A DNA stretch of 64,000 nucleotides from a bacterium (GTDB lineage: Bacteria > UBP18 > UBA7526): NCBI GenBank assembly GCA_030619985.1, contig JAUXAI010000001.1, positions 8,708 through 72,707 of the forward strand. The letters run 5' to 3'. The position numbers and the translations under genes are program-made. The notes under the pieces were generated by a model, which did no database searches, was not told the origin of the DNA, and worked only from the letters and a program-made list of their open reading frames with translations. Positions within the stretch are counted from its first letter, which is position 1; the number at the start of each line of letters is the position of its first letter. This document shows positions 48,562-56,500 of this stretch, piece by piece.

Positions 48562-49785
48562 ATGAAGAGTAAAATCTTTGTTAGTATTCTGTTTATTTTG
48601 ATAGCTACCTTAAGGCTATCTGGAGCGAGTAGAGCTGGGGAAGACTTGGTTAGTCTCATACCTGATGATGTAATGGTTGTTATGGCCATAAATAGTATCA
48701 AAAGTGATCTTGGACTGTCTTACCTAATGGAGTTAGGAAGAGAGCAATCAAAACGCAAAGAAAGCAGTCAAAATGTGGCGGCCATAGAGAAAGTATATGC
48801 CAGAATGGACCCTCTTCAGGTTGTGGGGGCAGTATTGGCTGAACCTGAAGAAAATATTTTCAGGTATATCATCGCTGTGAACATAACCGACGCTAGCAAG
48901 GAACAAGAAAAATATAGGATTTTGCTCCAGGCCCTGAATACCCTGCTAACAAGGGAAGTGGAACTTCAAACCCTAACTTACCAGGGCCATAAAATTACCT
49001 ATAGTGTTGATCGGTGGCAAAGAGATCCTGAGGATATATCGGCCTATACTTGTATCAATGGAAATGTGATACTGGGTTCAGGCATCGATGTGCTCAAGAG
49101 AGTAATTATGGTCGTTGAAGGTAAGGACCGGCCGGTACTGCAGACTAAGAAGTTTATTAATATGAAGACGAGACTTGCTAAAGGGTTGGACGGGTTTATA
49201 TATCTAAATAATAGGGATAGAAAATTTACTAAGATTTTGCGCCAATGGGAAAAAGAATGGCATATGACCTTGTTACTCTCTGCAGAGTCTATAGAGTCCA
49301 TGGGCCTTTCATTTGATATAGTTGACCCAGATACAGCCAGAGGAAAGATGGTATTTGAATCTGGTAATGAGCAAGCCCTACCCGATATTCGGGATGATGC
49401 AGAGTTCGTAGGAGAAGCAATAATGCGGAAATTCATTGCAGAAAAGATCGAGTATACCCGCAGGGTGGCCATCGATGAAGAATATGTTACCCTGAATTTT
49501 GAAGTCATGGGACTAAAACCATTATGGGCAAGAGCATTTGGGAAAGAACCAGAGATAAAAGTGGTAGAACACAGAGAAGAACCAAAGATGAAAGAAAGAA
49601 AGAAAGAAGTTGAGAAAGAACCAGAAATAAAAGAGGTGGCAGAGGAGGAGGTTGAACCTGTTTCTGAGGAGACTCCAGAGAAAATAAAGAAGACCTCATA
49701 TTTACCAAAAGTGATGCTTCTCTTATGGATGCTCGTCATAGCATTGGTAATTATTTTAGTGAAAAGGGAGAGGTCACGGAAGTAA
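48562..49785 (+). CDS. Hypothetical secreted/anchored protein: signal peptide, paralogous core, Glu/Lys-rich linker, C-terminal TM anchor
   Basis: The signal-like N-terminus MKSKIFVSILFILIATLRLSGA and the C-terminal ...KVMLLLWMLVIALVIILVKRERSRK. Confidence 0.45.
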   Translation: MKSKIFVSILFILIATLRLSGASRAGEDLVSLIPDDVMVVMAINSIKSDLGLSYLMELGREQSKRKESSQNVAAIEKVYARMDPLQVVGAVLAEPEENIFRYIIAVNITDASKEQEKYRILLQALNTLLTREVELQTLTYQGHKITYSVDRWQRDPEDISAYTCINGNVILGSGIDVLKRVIMVVEGKDRPVLQTKKFINMKTRLAKGLDGFIYLNNRDRKFTKILRQWEKEWHMTLLLSAESIESMGLSFDIVDPDTARGKMVFESGNEQALPDIRDDAEFVGEAIMRKFIAEKIEYTRRVAIDEEYVTLNFEVMGLKPLWARAFGKEPEIKVVEHREEPKMKERKKEVEKEPEIKEVAEEEVEPVSEETPEKIKKTSYLPKVMLLLWMLVIALVIILVKRERSRK

Positions 49786-50892
49786 GTGAAAATGCCAATA
49801 TTAGCTAAATTCAAACACCAGCGAACTGAAATCCTAATTTTCTCATTTTTTGGTATTCTGAGTCTAATGGCTACCCATCCTATGATCTTTAAAATGAAGA
49901 GTCATATCTACGGATATCCTGGTGATCCCTTAGGAAGTATATGGAGAATTTGGTGGTATAAATTTTCCTGGGTACATCATATTTCTTCTCGGTTTATTAT
50001 CATAATAGCCCATCCCTTTGGAGTTGATTTGAGTCAGGAAATAAGCAGTGCTCCTTTTAATTATTTAGTTTTCTTAATGGCTTTACTTAGTAATGAAATC
50101 TTTACTTATAATTTTATTCTTCTATGTGGGTTTCTACTATCAGCAATTACTATGTACTTCTTGGTTTACCACTTGACCAGAAATAGGGGAGCAAGTACTA
50201 TGGCTGGAGTGCTCTATGCCTTCTGTCCTTGGCACTTTGCTCATGCCGGGCAACATCTTTCCTTGGCTTCTATTCAATGGCTACCCCTTTACGGACTATT
50301 TCTCTTTAAACTGTTTAATAAAAGAACCTATAGAAATGCCTTTCTCTGTGCTCTGGGATTTTCCTTAGTCATTTTTACTGATTTTTCCTATGTCTTTCTA
50401 ATTTCGATTTTTACTACTGCCTTCATTGTATGGGGGTTATGGTTTACCTTGGGTCCCAACCGTAGATTCTACCCTACAAGTTCTAAGGCCTCACTTTTAA
50501 AGACAAGTATAGTAATTCTGGTAACTTTTCTCATTGCTTTGGCTATGATACTTCCTTTTACCTATTCTACTTTTAAGACCGCTCTTACGCTGCCTAAAGT
50601 AGAGTCCATGGCTATCTTAAGATACGCCAAGCCTTTTCGAGATCTTACTTCTAATTCTGCCCGGCCTTTGGGTTATCTTTTACCCTCTCAAGATAACCCA
50701 TTTTTTGGCAGGGTCACTAAAAAATTCATTAAAAGTCCCTTCTATGGTAGCCATCCTACGGAACATACCCTTTATCTGGGATGGGTGGGGATTGTGCTTT
50801 CGATTGTCGCGATAAGGGAATGGAGGAGAAAAAATAGGAAGCAGAGGATAGAGAAAAGAGGTCATCAGGTCATCAGGTCATCAGGTCATTAA
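49786..50892 (+). CDS. Polytopic membrane protein, N-terminal part of a gene apparently split by a tandem-repeat tract
   Basis: 368 aa, about 9 TM helices. It ends ...GHQVIRSSGH* inside the octamer array. Confidence 0.5.
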   Translation: MKMPILAKFKHQRTEILIFSFFGILSLMATHPMIFKMKSHIYGYPGDPLGSIWRIWWYKFSWVHHISSRFIIIIAHPFGVDLSQEISSAPFNYLVFLMALLSNEIFTYNFILLCGFLLSAITMYFLVYHLTRNRGASTMAGVLYAFCPWHFAHAGQHLSLASIQWLPLYGLFLFKLFNKRTYRNAFLCALGFSLVIFTDFSYVFLISIFTTAFIVWGLWFTLGPNRRFYPTSSKASLLKTSIVILVTFLIALAMILPFTYSTFKTALTLPKVESMAILRYAKPFRDLTSNSARPLGYLLPSQDNPFFGRVTKKFIKSPFYGSHPTEHTLYLGWVGIVLSIVAIREWRRKNRKQRIEKRGHQVIRSSGH

Positions 50893-50939
50893 GAGGAATA
50901 GACAGACAGACCGATCACCGATCACCGATCACCGATCAC
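50858..50939. repeat. Octamer array (AGGTCATC x4, 50858-50889) followed by heptamer array (CGATCAC x4, 50912-50939)
   Basis: Units that are not multiples of 3, lying at the junction of two overlapping reading frames. Confidence 0.85.
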
Positions 50940-50974
50940 GGAAAGGGATAAGCTTCTTTCTCTTTGCTGGGATT

Positions 50975-51658
50975 GTGGCTTTGCTATTTTCTCATTCCCC
51001 CTATACAGAAATTGGTCCTTTTCGAATACTCTTCCCTTCTTACTTTATGTATAGAATTGCTCCTATGTTTCGCTGTTATGCCCGATTTGGTATTGTTGTT
51101 ATGCTTTGTGTGAGTGCCTTAGCAGGGATTGGTCTTGCTTCAATTTTAGAGAAGATAAGGAGTAGTAAAAGAAGAAGAATTTTTCTTTCTGTAATTTTTT
51201 TACTTATTTTTATTGAATTTGCTCCTGCTCTGCCAGCCCCCATGGTTAATGCAGTTGATCCTCCTCCAGTCTATGAATGGCTCGCTAAACAAGAAGGCGA
51301 TTTTACTATTGCTGAGTATCCCTTAGAAGATGATCAGGAGTACTTCTTTTGGCAGAGGATCCACCAGAAGAGATTAGTCAATGGTGCTCAACCAGGAACC
51401 TACGCTGATGAGGTAAGGAAAGAGATCATTGATATCTTGAAGCCAGAAACTCCGGGTATTCTAAAATATTTAGGAACGAGGTATATCATTTTTCATCCTG
51501 ATAAGTATCTGAAGAGTGAGGATGTCCCAGTAATTGGCGAGGTTCCAGATGTAAGCAAGCAAAGGGGGCTAAAACTCATTAAGACTTTTGAAGATGCGGG
51601 AGTCTATGAGGTGGTAGTGGAGCCGATTAAGCCCAAGACGCGAATTAACGCGAACTGA
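50975..51658 (+). CDS. C-terminal part of the split membrane protein (its frame is open from 50852)
   Basis: The frame is open upstream through both repeat arrays to 50852, overlapping the first ORF by 41 nt. It continues with TM helices and then a soluble domain. Confidence 0.45.
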   Translation: MALLFSHSPYTEIGPFRILFPSYFMYRIAPMFRCYARFGIVVMLCVSALAGIGLASILEKIRSSKRRRIFLSVIFLLIFIEFAPALPAPMVNAVDPPPVYEWLAKQEGDFTIAEYPLEDDQEYFFWQRIHQKRLVNGAQPGTYADEVRKEIIDILKPETPGILKYLGTRYIIFHPDKYLKSEDVPVIGEVPDVSKQRGLKLIKTFEDAGVYEVVVEPIKPKTRINAN

Positions 51659-51860
51659 AAAGCGAGGACGCAAGATAATCGGCACGCGAATTATCGCGAA
51701 TTAAAAGCAGTTACCAAGCTATCAAGTGATTGAGCTATCGAATTGGATGGTTGGATGGTTAGCCTGTTAACCAGTTTGCTGGTTAGCCAGTTTGCCAGTT
51801 GAATTTGGGGGAGAGCAGAGAAAAGAGCTACCAAGCTATCGAGCTATCAAGTAAGGAGTA
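51644..51860. repeat. 45-nt direct-repeat copy 1 (51644-51690) plus a complex inverted oligomer-repeat region
   Basis: cgcgaactgaaaagcgaggacgcaagataatcggcacgcgaatt recurs at 52862-52905. It is followed by accaagctatcaag/gagctatcga and ccagtttg arrays. Confidence 0.75.
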
Positions 51861-51938
51861 GTAAGATAATAAATTGTGGTTGAGTCAGAAATATGGTATA
51901 TTAAGTAGTAATCACAAAGAGAAGAGGAGGAGTGATTT

Positions 51939-52772
51939 ATGAGAAGGACATTAGGTTTTGTTTTAATCTTGGGTGTTTTAGTGGTAAGTGGATGCGTGAG
52001 AAGGGAACTTCTTGTTCTCCCTGAGGCACCAGAGGTAGGGGTGTTAAAGCCGGTTACCAGGCCAGGGACAGCGGCCTTCAGGGGAGGGGAAAAACTAACC
52101 TTCTTAGCTAAGTTCCGGTTTATTCCTGCTGGAGAGGTGACTATGGAAGTAAGGGAGATGAGATATAGGGGCCATGAGGTCTACAGTCCTTTAATAACTA
52201 TGAAGGCGGCTAAGTTATTTTCTTTTTTCTGTCCAGCAGAGGTAAATATCAGGTCCTATCTCGATGCCCGTACCTTAGATAGTCTACGTTATGAGGAGCA
52301 TACCATAATGGGTCGCCATACCTATGAACGCTTGACGGTCTATGACCAGAGGAATCGATTGGCGACGTATGATGCGCCAGTCTATGATAGAATGGGCAAG
52401 ACAATCAGGATTTATAAGAAGAAGGTAAGGATTCCACCCCATACCCAGGATATGTTATCTGCCTTCTATTATATTCGAACCCAGGAATTAAAAGAGGGAA
52501 AGATTCTAACCATCAATGCCAATGAGCGACACAAGAATTATAGAGTGAAGATAAAGGTCTTGAGGAAAGAGAAGGTTACTGTTCCAGCAGGAACCTTCCT
52601 CACCTGGGTGATAGAGCCGATTTCCATACAGAGATTGGATAAAGAAAAAGAAGGGGAAAAAGGAACAGGTCTTATCTATCTCAGCGCAGATGAGAGGAAG
52701 CTACCAGTCTTAATGAAAGCCAAGACAAAATTAGGCTCGGTTACTGTTCAACTAATAGACGTTAAACTTTAA
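51939..52772 (+). CDS. DUF3108-like lipoprotein
   Basis: Signal peptide with lipobox (VVSGC); beta-rich body consistent with DUF3108 family members. Confidence 0.45.
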   Translation: MRRTLGFVLILGVLVVSGCVRRELLVLPEAPEVGVLKPVTRPGTAAFRGGEKLTFLAKFRFIPAGEVTMEVREMRYRGHEVYSPLITMKAAKLFSFFCPAEVNIRSYLDARTLDSLRYEEHTIMGRHTYERLTVYDQRNRLATYDAPVYDRMGKTIRIYKKKVRIPPHTQDMLSAFYYIRTQELKEGKILTINANERHKNYRVKIKVLRKEKVTVPAGTFLTWVIEPISIQRLDKEKEGEKGTGLIYLSADERKLPVLMKAKTKLGSVTVQLIDVKL

Positions 52773-52774
52773 CG

Positions 52775-52915
52775 CGAATAATCGCGAACTGCAAAGCAAA
52801 GAACGAAACAAAGTAAACAGGACGCGAATTAACGCGAATAAAAGAGGGACGCGAATAGACGCGAACTGAAAAGCGAGGACGCAAGATAATCGGGACGCGA
52901 ATCAACGCGAATGAA
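52775..52915. repeat. ACGCGAA-type oligomer arrays including 45-nt direct-repeat copy 2
   Basis: ttaacgcgaataatcgcgaactg...gacgcgaattaacgcgaat...cgcgaactgaaaagcgaggacgcaagataatcgggacgcgaatc. Confidence 0.8.
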
Positions 52916-53306
52916 AACAGAAACAAAAATATTATATAAGGAGTTAGCTTACCAAATAGTAGGAGCTTTTTACGAAGTATATAATACTCTGGGGCCAGGT
53001 TTTAAAGAGTCCATTTACCATAACGCTTTAGCCATTGAATTTACTTTACGGAAAATATCCTTTGAAACTAATAAGAGACTCACCATCAAGTATAAAAAGC
53101 AAAAGGTTGGAATTTATGAACCAGACTTCGTTATAGATAATAAGATTCTTGTTGAAATCAAAGCTGTTCCCAGGATGCCCAGAGTTTACGAAAAGCAGTT
53201 ATATTACTATCTGAAGGGTACAGAATATAAATTGGGTTACTTAGTAAATTTTGGAGCTGATAAATTAGAAATCAAGCGTAGAATCTACGAAAGGATTCGC
53301 GTTTGA
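52911..53306 (+). CDS. GxxExxY family protein
   Basis: AYQIVGAFYEVYNTLGPGFKESIYHNAL..., the family-defining G-x2-E-x2-Y N-terminus; 131 aa. Confidence 0.75.
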   Translation: MKTETKILYKELAYQIVGAFYEVYNTLGPGFKESIYHNALAIEFTLRKISFETNKRLTIKYKKQKVGIYEPDFVIDNKILVEIKAVPRMPRVYEKQLYYYLKGTEYKLGYLVNFGADKLEIKRRIYERIRV

Positions 53307-53318
53307 AGGAGGTTTGAG

Positions 53319-53747
53319 ATGGCTTTTGTATTACTCTTTGCTTCTATATTTTTGGCAGTGGTGGGACAGTTATTGCTGAAGAAGGGGATGTGGACGGTGG
53401 GGATTGTCTATTTCCATTTCTCCCATCTCTGGTCTACCTTCCTTAAAGTCTTTTCTAACTGGTATGTTATCTTTGGATTCGTCTTTTTTGTTTTAAGTGC
53501 CCTTCTGTGGTTGGCGGTCTTATCAAGATTGGATATTAGCAAGGCCTATCCCATGGTGGCCGCGGGCTATATTCTGGTTCTTTTAGCTTCCAGGTGGGGA
53601 ATAATTGTGACTAGAGAACCAGTCTCTCCCATCAGATGGATAGGGGCCCTGGTGATTTGTTTCGGTGTTTACCTTATTTCGCGCACTGATTTCGCGCAGT
53701 TGATTAAGGACTTATCAACTTTAATCTTCTGGAGGAAGCATGGTTAA
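53319..53747 (+). CDS. Small EamA/SMR-like membrane protein (ArnE/ArnF-like undecaprenyl-phosphate-sugar flippase subunit family)
   Basis: 142 aa, 4 TM helices, GQLLLKKG motif near the N-terminus. Confidence 0.5.
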   Translation: MAFVLLFASIFLAVVGQLLLKKGMWTVGIVYFHFSHLWSTFLKVFSNWYVIFGFVFFVLSALLWLAVLSRLDISKAYPMVAAGYILVLLASRWGIIVTREPVSPIRWIGALVICFGVYLISRTDFAQLIKDLSTLIFWRKHG

Positions 53748-54819
53748 GGCGGTCATTATTGCTGGGGGGAGGGGAGAGAGGTTTTGGCCTAAGAGTAGGA
53801 TTAGAACACCGAAGCAACTCCTTCCCATAGCCTCTAAAAAGAGTATGATCTATGAGACGGTGAAGAGGATAAGCCCTTTGGTGACATCAAAGGATATTCT
53901 GATTATTGCCAGAAGAGGTTTGGGGGCAAGAATCAAGAAAGATCTTCCTAAGATCCCCACTAAGAATATTATCTCCGAGCCCTTTGGGCGGGATACTGCA
54001 GCAGCAGTCGGCTTAGGAGCAATATTAGCGGAGAAGAAAGACCCAGATAGCGTTATGGTTGTCTTACCCGCAGATCATGTAATTGGTGAGCCGAAGAAGT
54101 TTCTAAAAACTTTAAGAGTGGCCATCAAGGCTGCCCGAGATACAGATAATTTAGTGACTATGGGAATCAAACCTAACAGGCCAGAGACGGGGTATGGGTA
54201 TATAGAAATTGGTTCGCCAGTTCGCCAGTTCGCCAGTTCGCCAGTTTATGAGGTGAAGAGGTTTGCAGAAAAGCCGGATAGGAAAAAAGCATTAAAGTTT
54301 ATGAAGAGCGGGAGGTATCTCTGGAATAGTGGAATGTTTATCTGGAGAACCTCTGTTATCCTGAAAGCGATGAGAAAACATATGCCCCAACTATATAGAG
54401 GCCTTTTGGAGATTCAGGAGGCCTTGGGTACTTCTCAAGAAAAGAAAGCGATTGAAAAGGTCTACAAAAAGTTGGACAAAATATCCATAGATTATGGTAT
54501 AATGGAGAAGGCAAAAAATACATTGGTGGTGAAGGCAGATTATCTCTGGGATGATGTGGGGAACTGGCAGGCCCTGGAAAGAATCTCAGTTAAAGATAAA
54601 GAGAGGAATATTACCAAGGGAGAAGTCTCTTCTTTAGATACGAGAGATTCCATTATTCTCTGTGACAAAGGAATGGTAGGAACAATCGGTATAAAAGATT
54701 TAATCATCATCTCAACAGAAGATGCTACTTTAATCTGCCCTAAAGATAGGGCCCAGGAAGTAAAGGAACTGGTCCACAAGCTTGGTAAGAATAAGAAATT
54801 AAAGAAATACATTAAGTAA
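53740..54819 (+). CDS. manC: Mannose-1-phosphate guanylyltransferase (nucleotidyltransferase domain only)
   Basis: AVIIAGGRGERFWPKSR...PKQLLPI...GYGYIE; 359 aa. It carries an in-frame octamer repeat insertion. Confidence 0.75.
   Translation: MVKAVIIAGGRGERFWPKSRIRTPKQLLPIASKKSMIYETVKRISPLVTSKDILIIARRGLGARIKKDLPKIPTKNIISEPFGRDTAAAVGLGAILAEKKDPDSVMVVLPADHVIGEPKKFLKTLRVAIKAARDTDNLVTMGIKPNRPETGYGYIEIGSPVRQFASSPVYEVKRFAEKPDRKKALKFMKSGRYLWNSGMFIWRTSVILKAMRKHMPQLYRGLLEIQEALGTSQEKKAIEKVYKKLDKISIDYGIMEKAKNTLVVKADYLWDDVGNWQALERISVKDKERNITKGEVSSLDTRDSIILCDKGMVGTIGIKDLIIISTEDATLICPKDRAQEVKELVHKLGKNKKLKKYIK
54213..54246. repeat. Octamer array CGCCAGTT x4 in frame inside manC
   Basis: It encodes SPVRQFASSPV. 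A related CCAGTTTG array lies intergenically at 51766-51800. Confidence 0.8.
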
Positions 54820-54910
54820 GGTTCACGGTTAACGGTTTACGGTTAACCGTAAAAAAACGGTAAACGGTAAACAGCGACAAACAAGGTGAGGAGCGGGTAA
54901 ACTGTAAACT
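54820..54910. repeat. Inverted heptamer-array hairpin (CGGTTAA/CGGTTTA ... CGGTAAA)
   Basis: cacggttaacggtttacggttaaccgtaaaaaaacggtaaacggtaaacag; it contains the perfect palindrome acggttaaccgt. Confidence 0.8.
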
Positions 54911-54932
54911 ATCCGAGCGAAGCGAGGAGAGA

Positions 54933-56345
54933 ATGGAGAGAATAAAGTTTGGTACTGATGGCTGGAGAGGAGTGATCTCAAAGGATTTTACCTTTGAGAA
55001 TGTCAAGATCGTCTCCCAGGCCATGGCCGATTATCTAAAGAAAGAAAAGATTGGGGAGAGGGAGATCATCATAGGATATGATGCTCGTTTTCTCTCTAAG
55101 GAGTATGCCCAGCTTGTGGCCTCTGTCTTAGCCGGGAATGGAATAAGGGCTATCTTGAGCGACAGAATCCAGCCCGTTCCTTGTGTCTGTTTCGCCATAA
55201 AGGATAGGGAGGCTGCTGGGGGGATAATGATTACTGCCAGCCATAACCCCTTTCAATATAATGGAATAAAGTTCAAAGGAGAGTATGCGGGAAGCGCAGA
55301 TGATACAACAACTAAGAAGATCGAGAATTTCTTGTATAAGAATAAACCGAAAGAAATAGATTTTGAGGCGGAAGAAAAGAAAGAACTCATCCGGACAATA
55401 GATCTTACTCCGCCCTATCTCCAGTTTCTAAAATCCTTCGTCAATTTGGAATTAATAAAAGAAGCGTCGCTTAAAATAATTGTTGATTCCATGTATGGTG
55501 CAGGAAAGGATTATACTGCCCAGGTCTTAAAAGAAGGGAAGTGTCAGGTCATCACTATTCGGGGCGAGGAGAACCCCTCTTTCAGGGGAGTGAACCCCGA
55601 GCCCATTGCTCAGAACTTAGGCGCCTTAATAGATAAGATAAAGGAAGAGAAGGCAGATTTAGGACTGGCCACAGATGGGGATGGGGATCGGTTAGGAGTC
55701 ATGGATAGTGAAGGCAACTTTGTCAATCCCCATCAGGTTCTTTCATTACTTACCCTTCATTTGATTGAGAGCAGGGGATGGTCGGGAGGAATAGTGAAGA
55801 CCATATCTACCACCTCCTTGTTGAATAAAATAGCAGAAAAGTATAAGAGAAAAATCTATAAGACCCCGGTAGGCTTTAAGTATATCTGTGAGTTGATGCT
55901 AAAGAAGGATATCCTGATTGGAGGAGAAGAATCAGGAGGGATCGGAGTCAAGAATCATGTTCCGGATAGGGATGGTCTATTATCTGGTCTACTTCTTCTT
56001 GAGATGTTAGCCTTGAAGAAGAAACCCTTATCCCAGATTCAGGAGGAGATGAGAAAAGAGTTTGGCACCTATCTTTATCAAAGGATTGATAGTGAGTACC
56101 CTCTGGACAAAAGAGACATCTTGATTTCTACCTTAAAGAAAAATCCACCAAAAGAATTGGCGGATATTGAGGTAAGAAAAATAGATGCTTCAGATGGAAT
56201 AAAGTTTATTCTGGAGGATAATAGCTGGCTCTTGTTTCGCACCTCGGGGACAGAACCCATCATTAGAATCTATGCTGAATCAGACGAAGAAGGAAAGTTA
56301 GAAAAGATTATGGAAGCAGGAAAGGAGTTGGCCTTCTCTATCTAA
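54933..56345 (+). CDS. manB: Phosphomannomutase/phosphoglucomutase
   Basis: Active-site TASHNP, the GEESGG sugar-binding loop, 470 aa. Confidence 0.85.
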   Translation: MERIKFGTDGWRGVISKDFTFENVKIVSQAMADYLKKEKIGEREIIIGYDARFLSKEYAQLVASVLAGNGIRAILSDRIQPVPCVCFAIKDREAAGGIMITASHNPFQYNGIKFKGEYAGSADDTTTKKIENFLYKNKPKEIDFEAEEKKELIRTIDLTPPYLQFLKSFVNLELIKEASLKIIVDSMYGAGKDYTAQVLKEGKCQVITIRGEENPSFRGVNPEPIAQNLGALIDKIKEEKADLGLATDGDGDRLGVMDSEGNFVNPHQVLSLLTLHLIESRGWSGGIVKTISTTSLLNKIAEKYKRKIYKTPVGFKYICELMLKKDILIGGEESGGIGVKNHVPDRDGLLSGLLLLEMLALKKKPLSQIQEEMRKEFGTYLYQRIDSEYPLDKRDILISTLKKNPPKELADIEVRKIDASDGIKFILEDNSWLLFRTSGTEPIIRIYAESDEEGKLEKIMEAGKELAFSI

Positions 56346-56475
56346 AGTTAACAAGGATACAAGTTAACAAGAAACTTATCAACTTATTTCTGAGTGGTAA
56401 CGAAGAAACAAGGTTCTGCGAAGCAGGTTCTTATTAACTTGTCAACTTGTCAACTAATCAACTTGTCAACTTTTT
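56346..56475. repeat. Inverted oligomer-repeat hairpin (ACAAGTTAACAAGG family), empty form
   Basis: agttaacaaggatacaagttaacaag ... cttgtcaacttgtcaactaatcaacttgtcaac. Confidence 0.8.
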
Positions 56476-56500
56476 AACTCACTGAGTAAGGAGAATTCGC

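Noticed and set aside
49044-49814. 256-aa minus-strand ORF, the longest antisense ORF
   Set aside because: It lies antisense within 48562-49785. That gene has a clear paralog (47593-48561) supporting the plus-strand frame. The minus-strand product is low-complexity and Ser/Thr-rich, with no RBS.
50858-50939. The possibility that the tandem arrays are CRISPR repeats
   Set aside because: The units are 7-8 nt with no spacers, and similar arrays occur inside CDSs. No cas genes are present; these are simple short tandem repeats.
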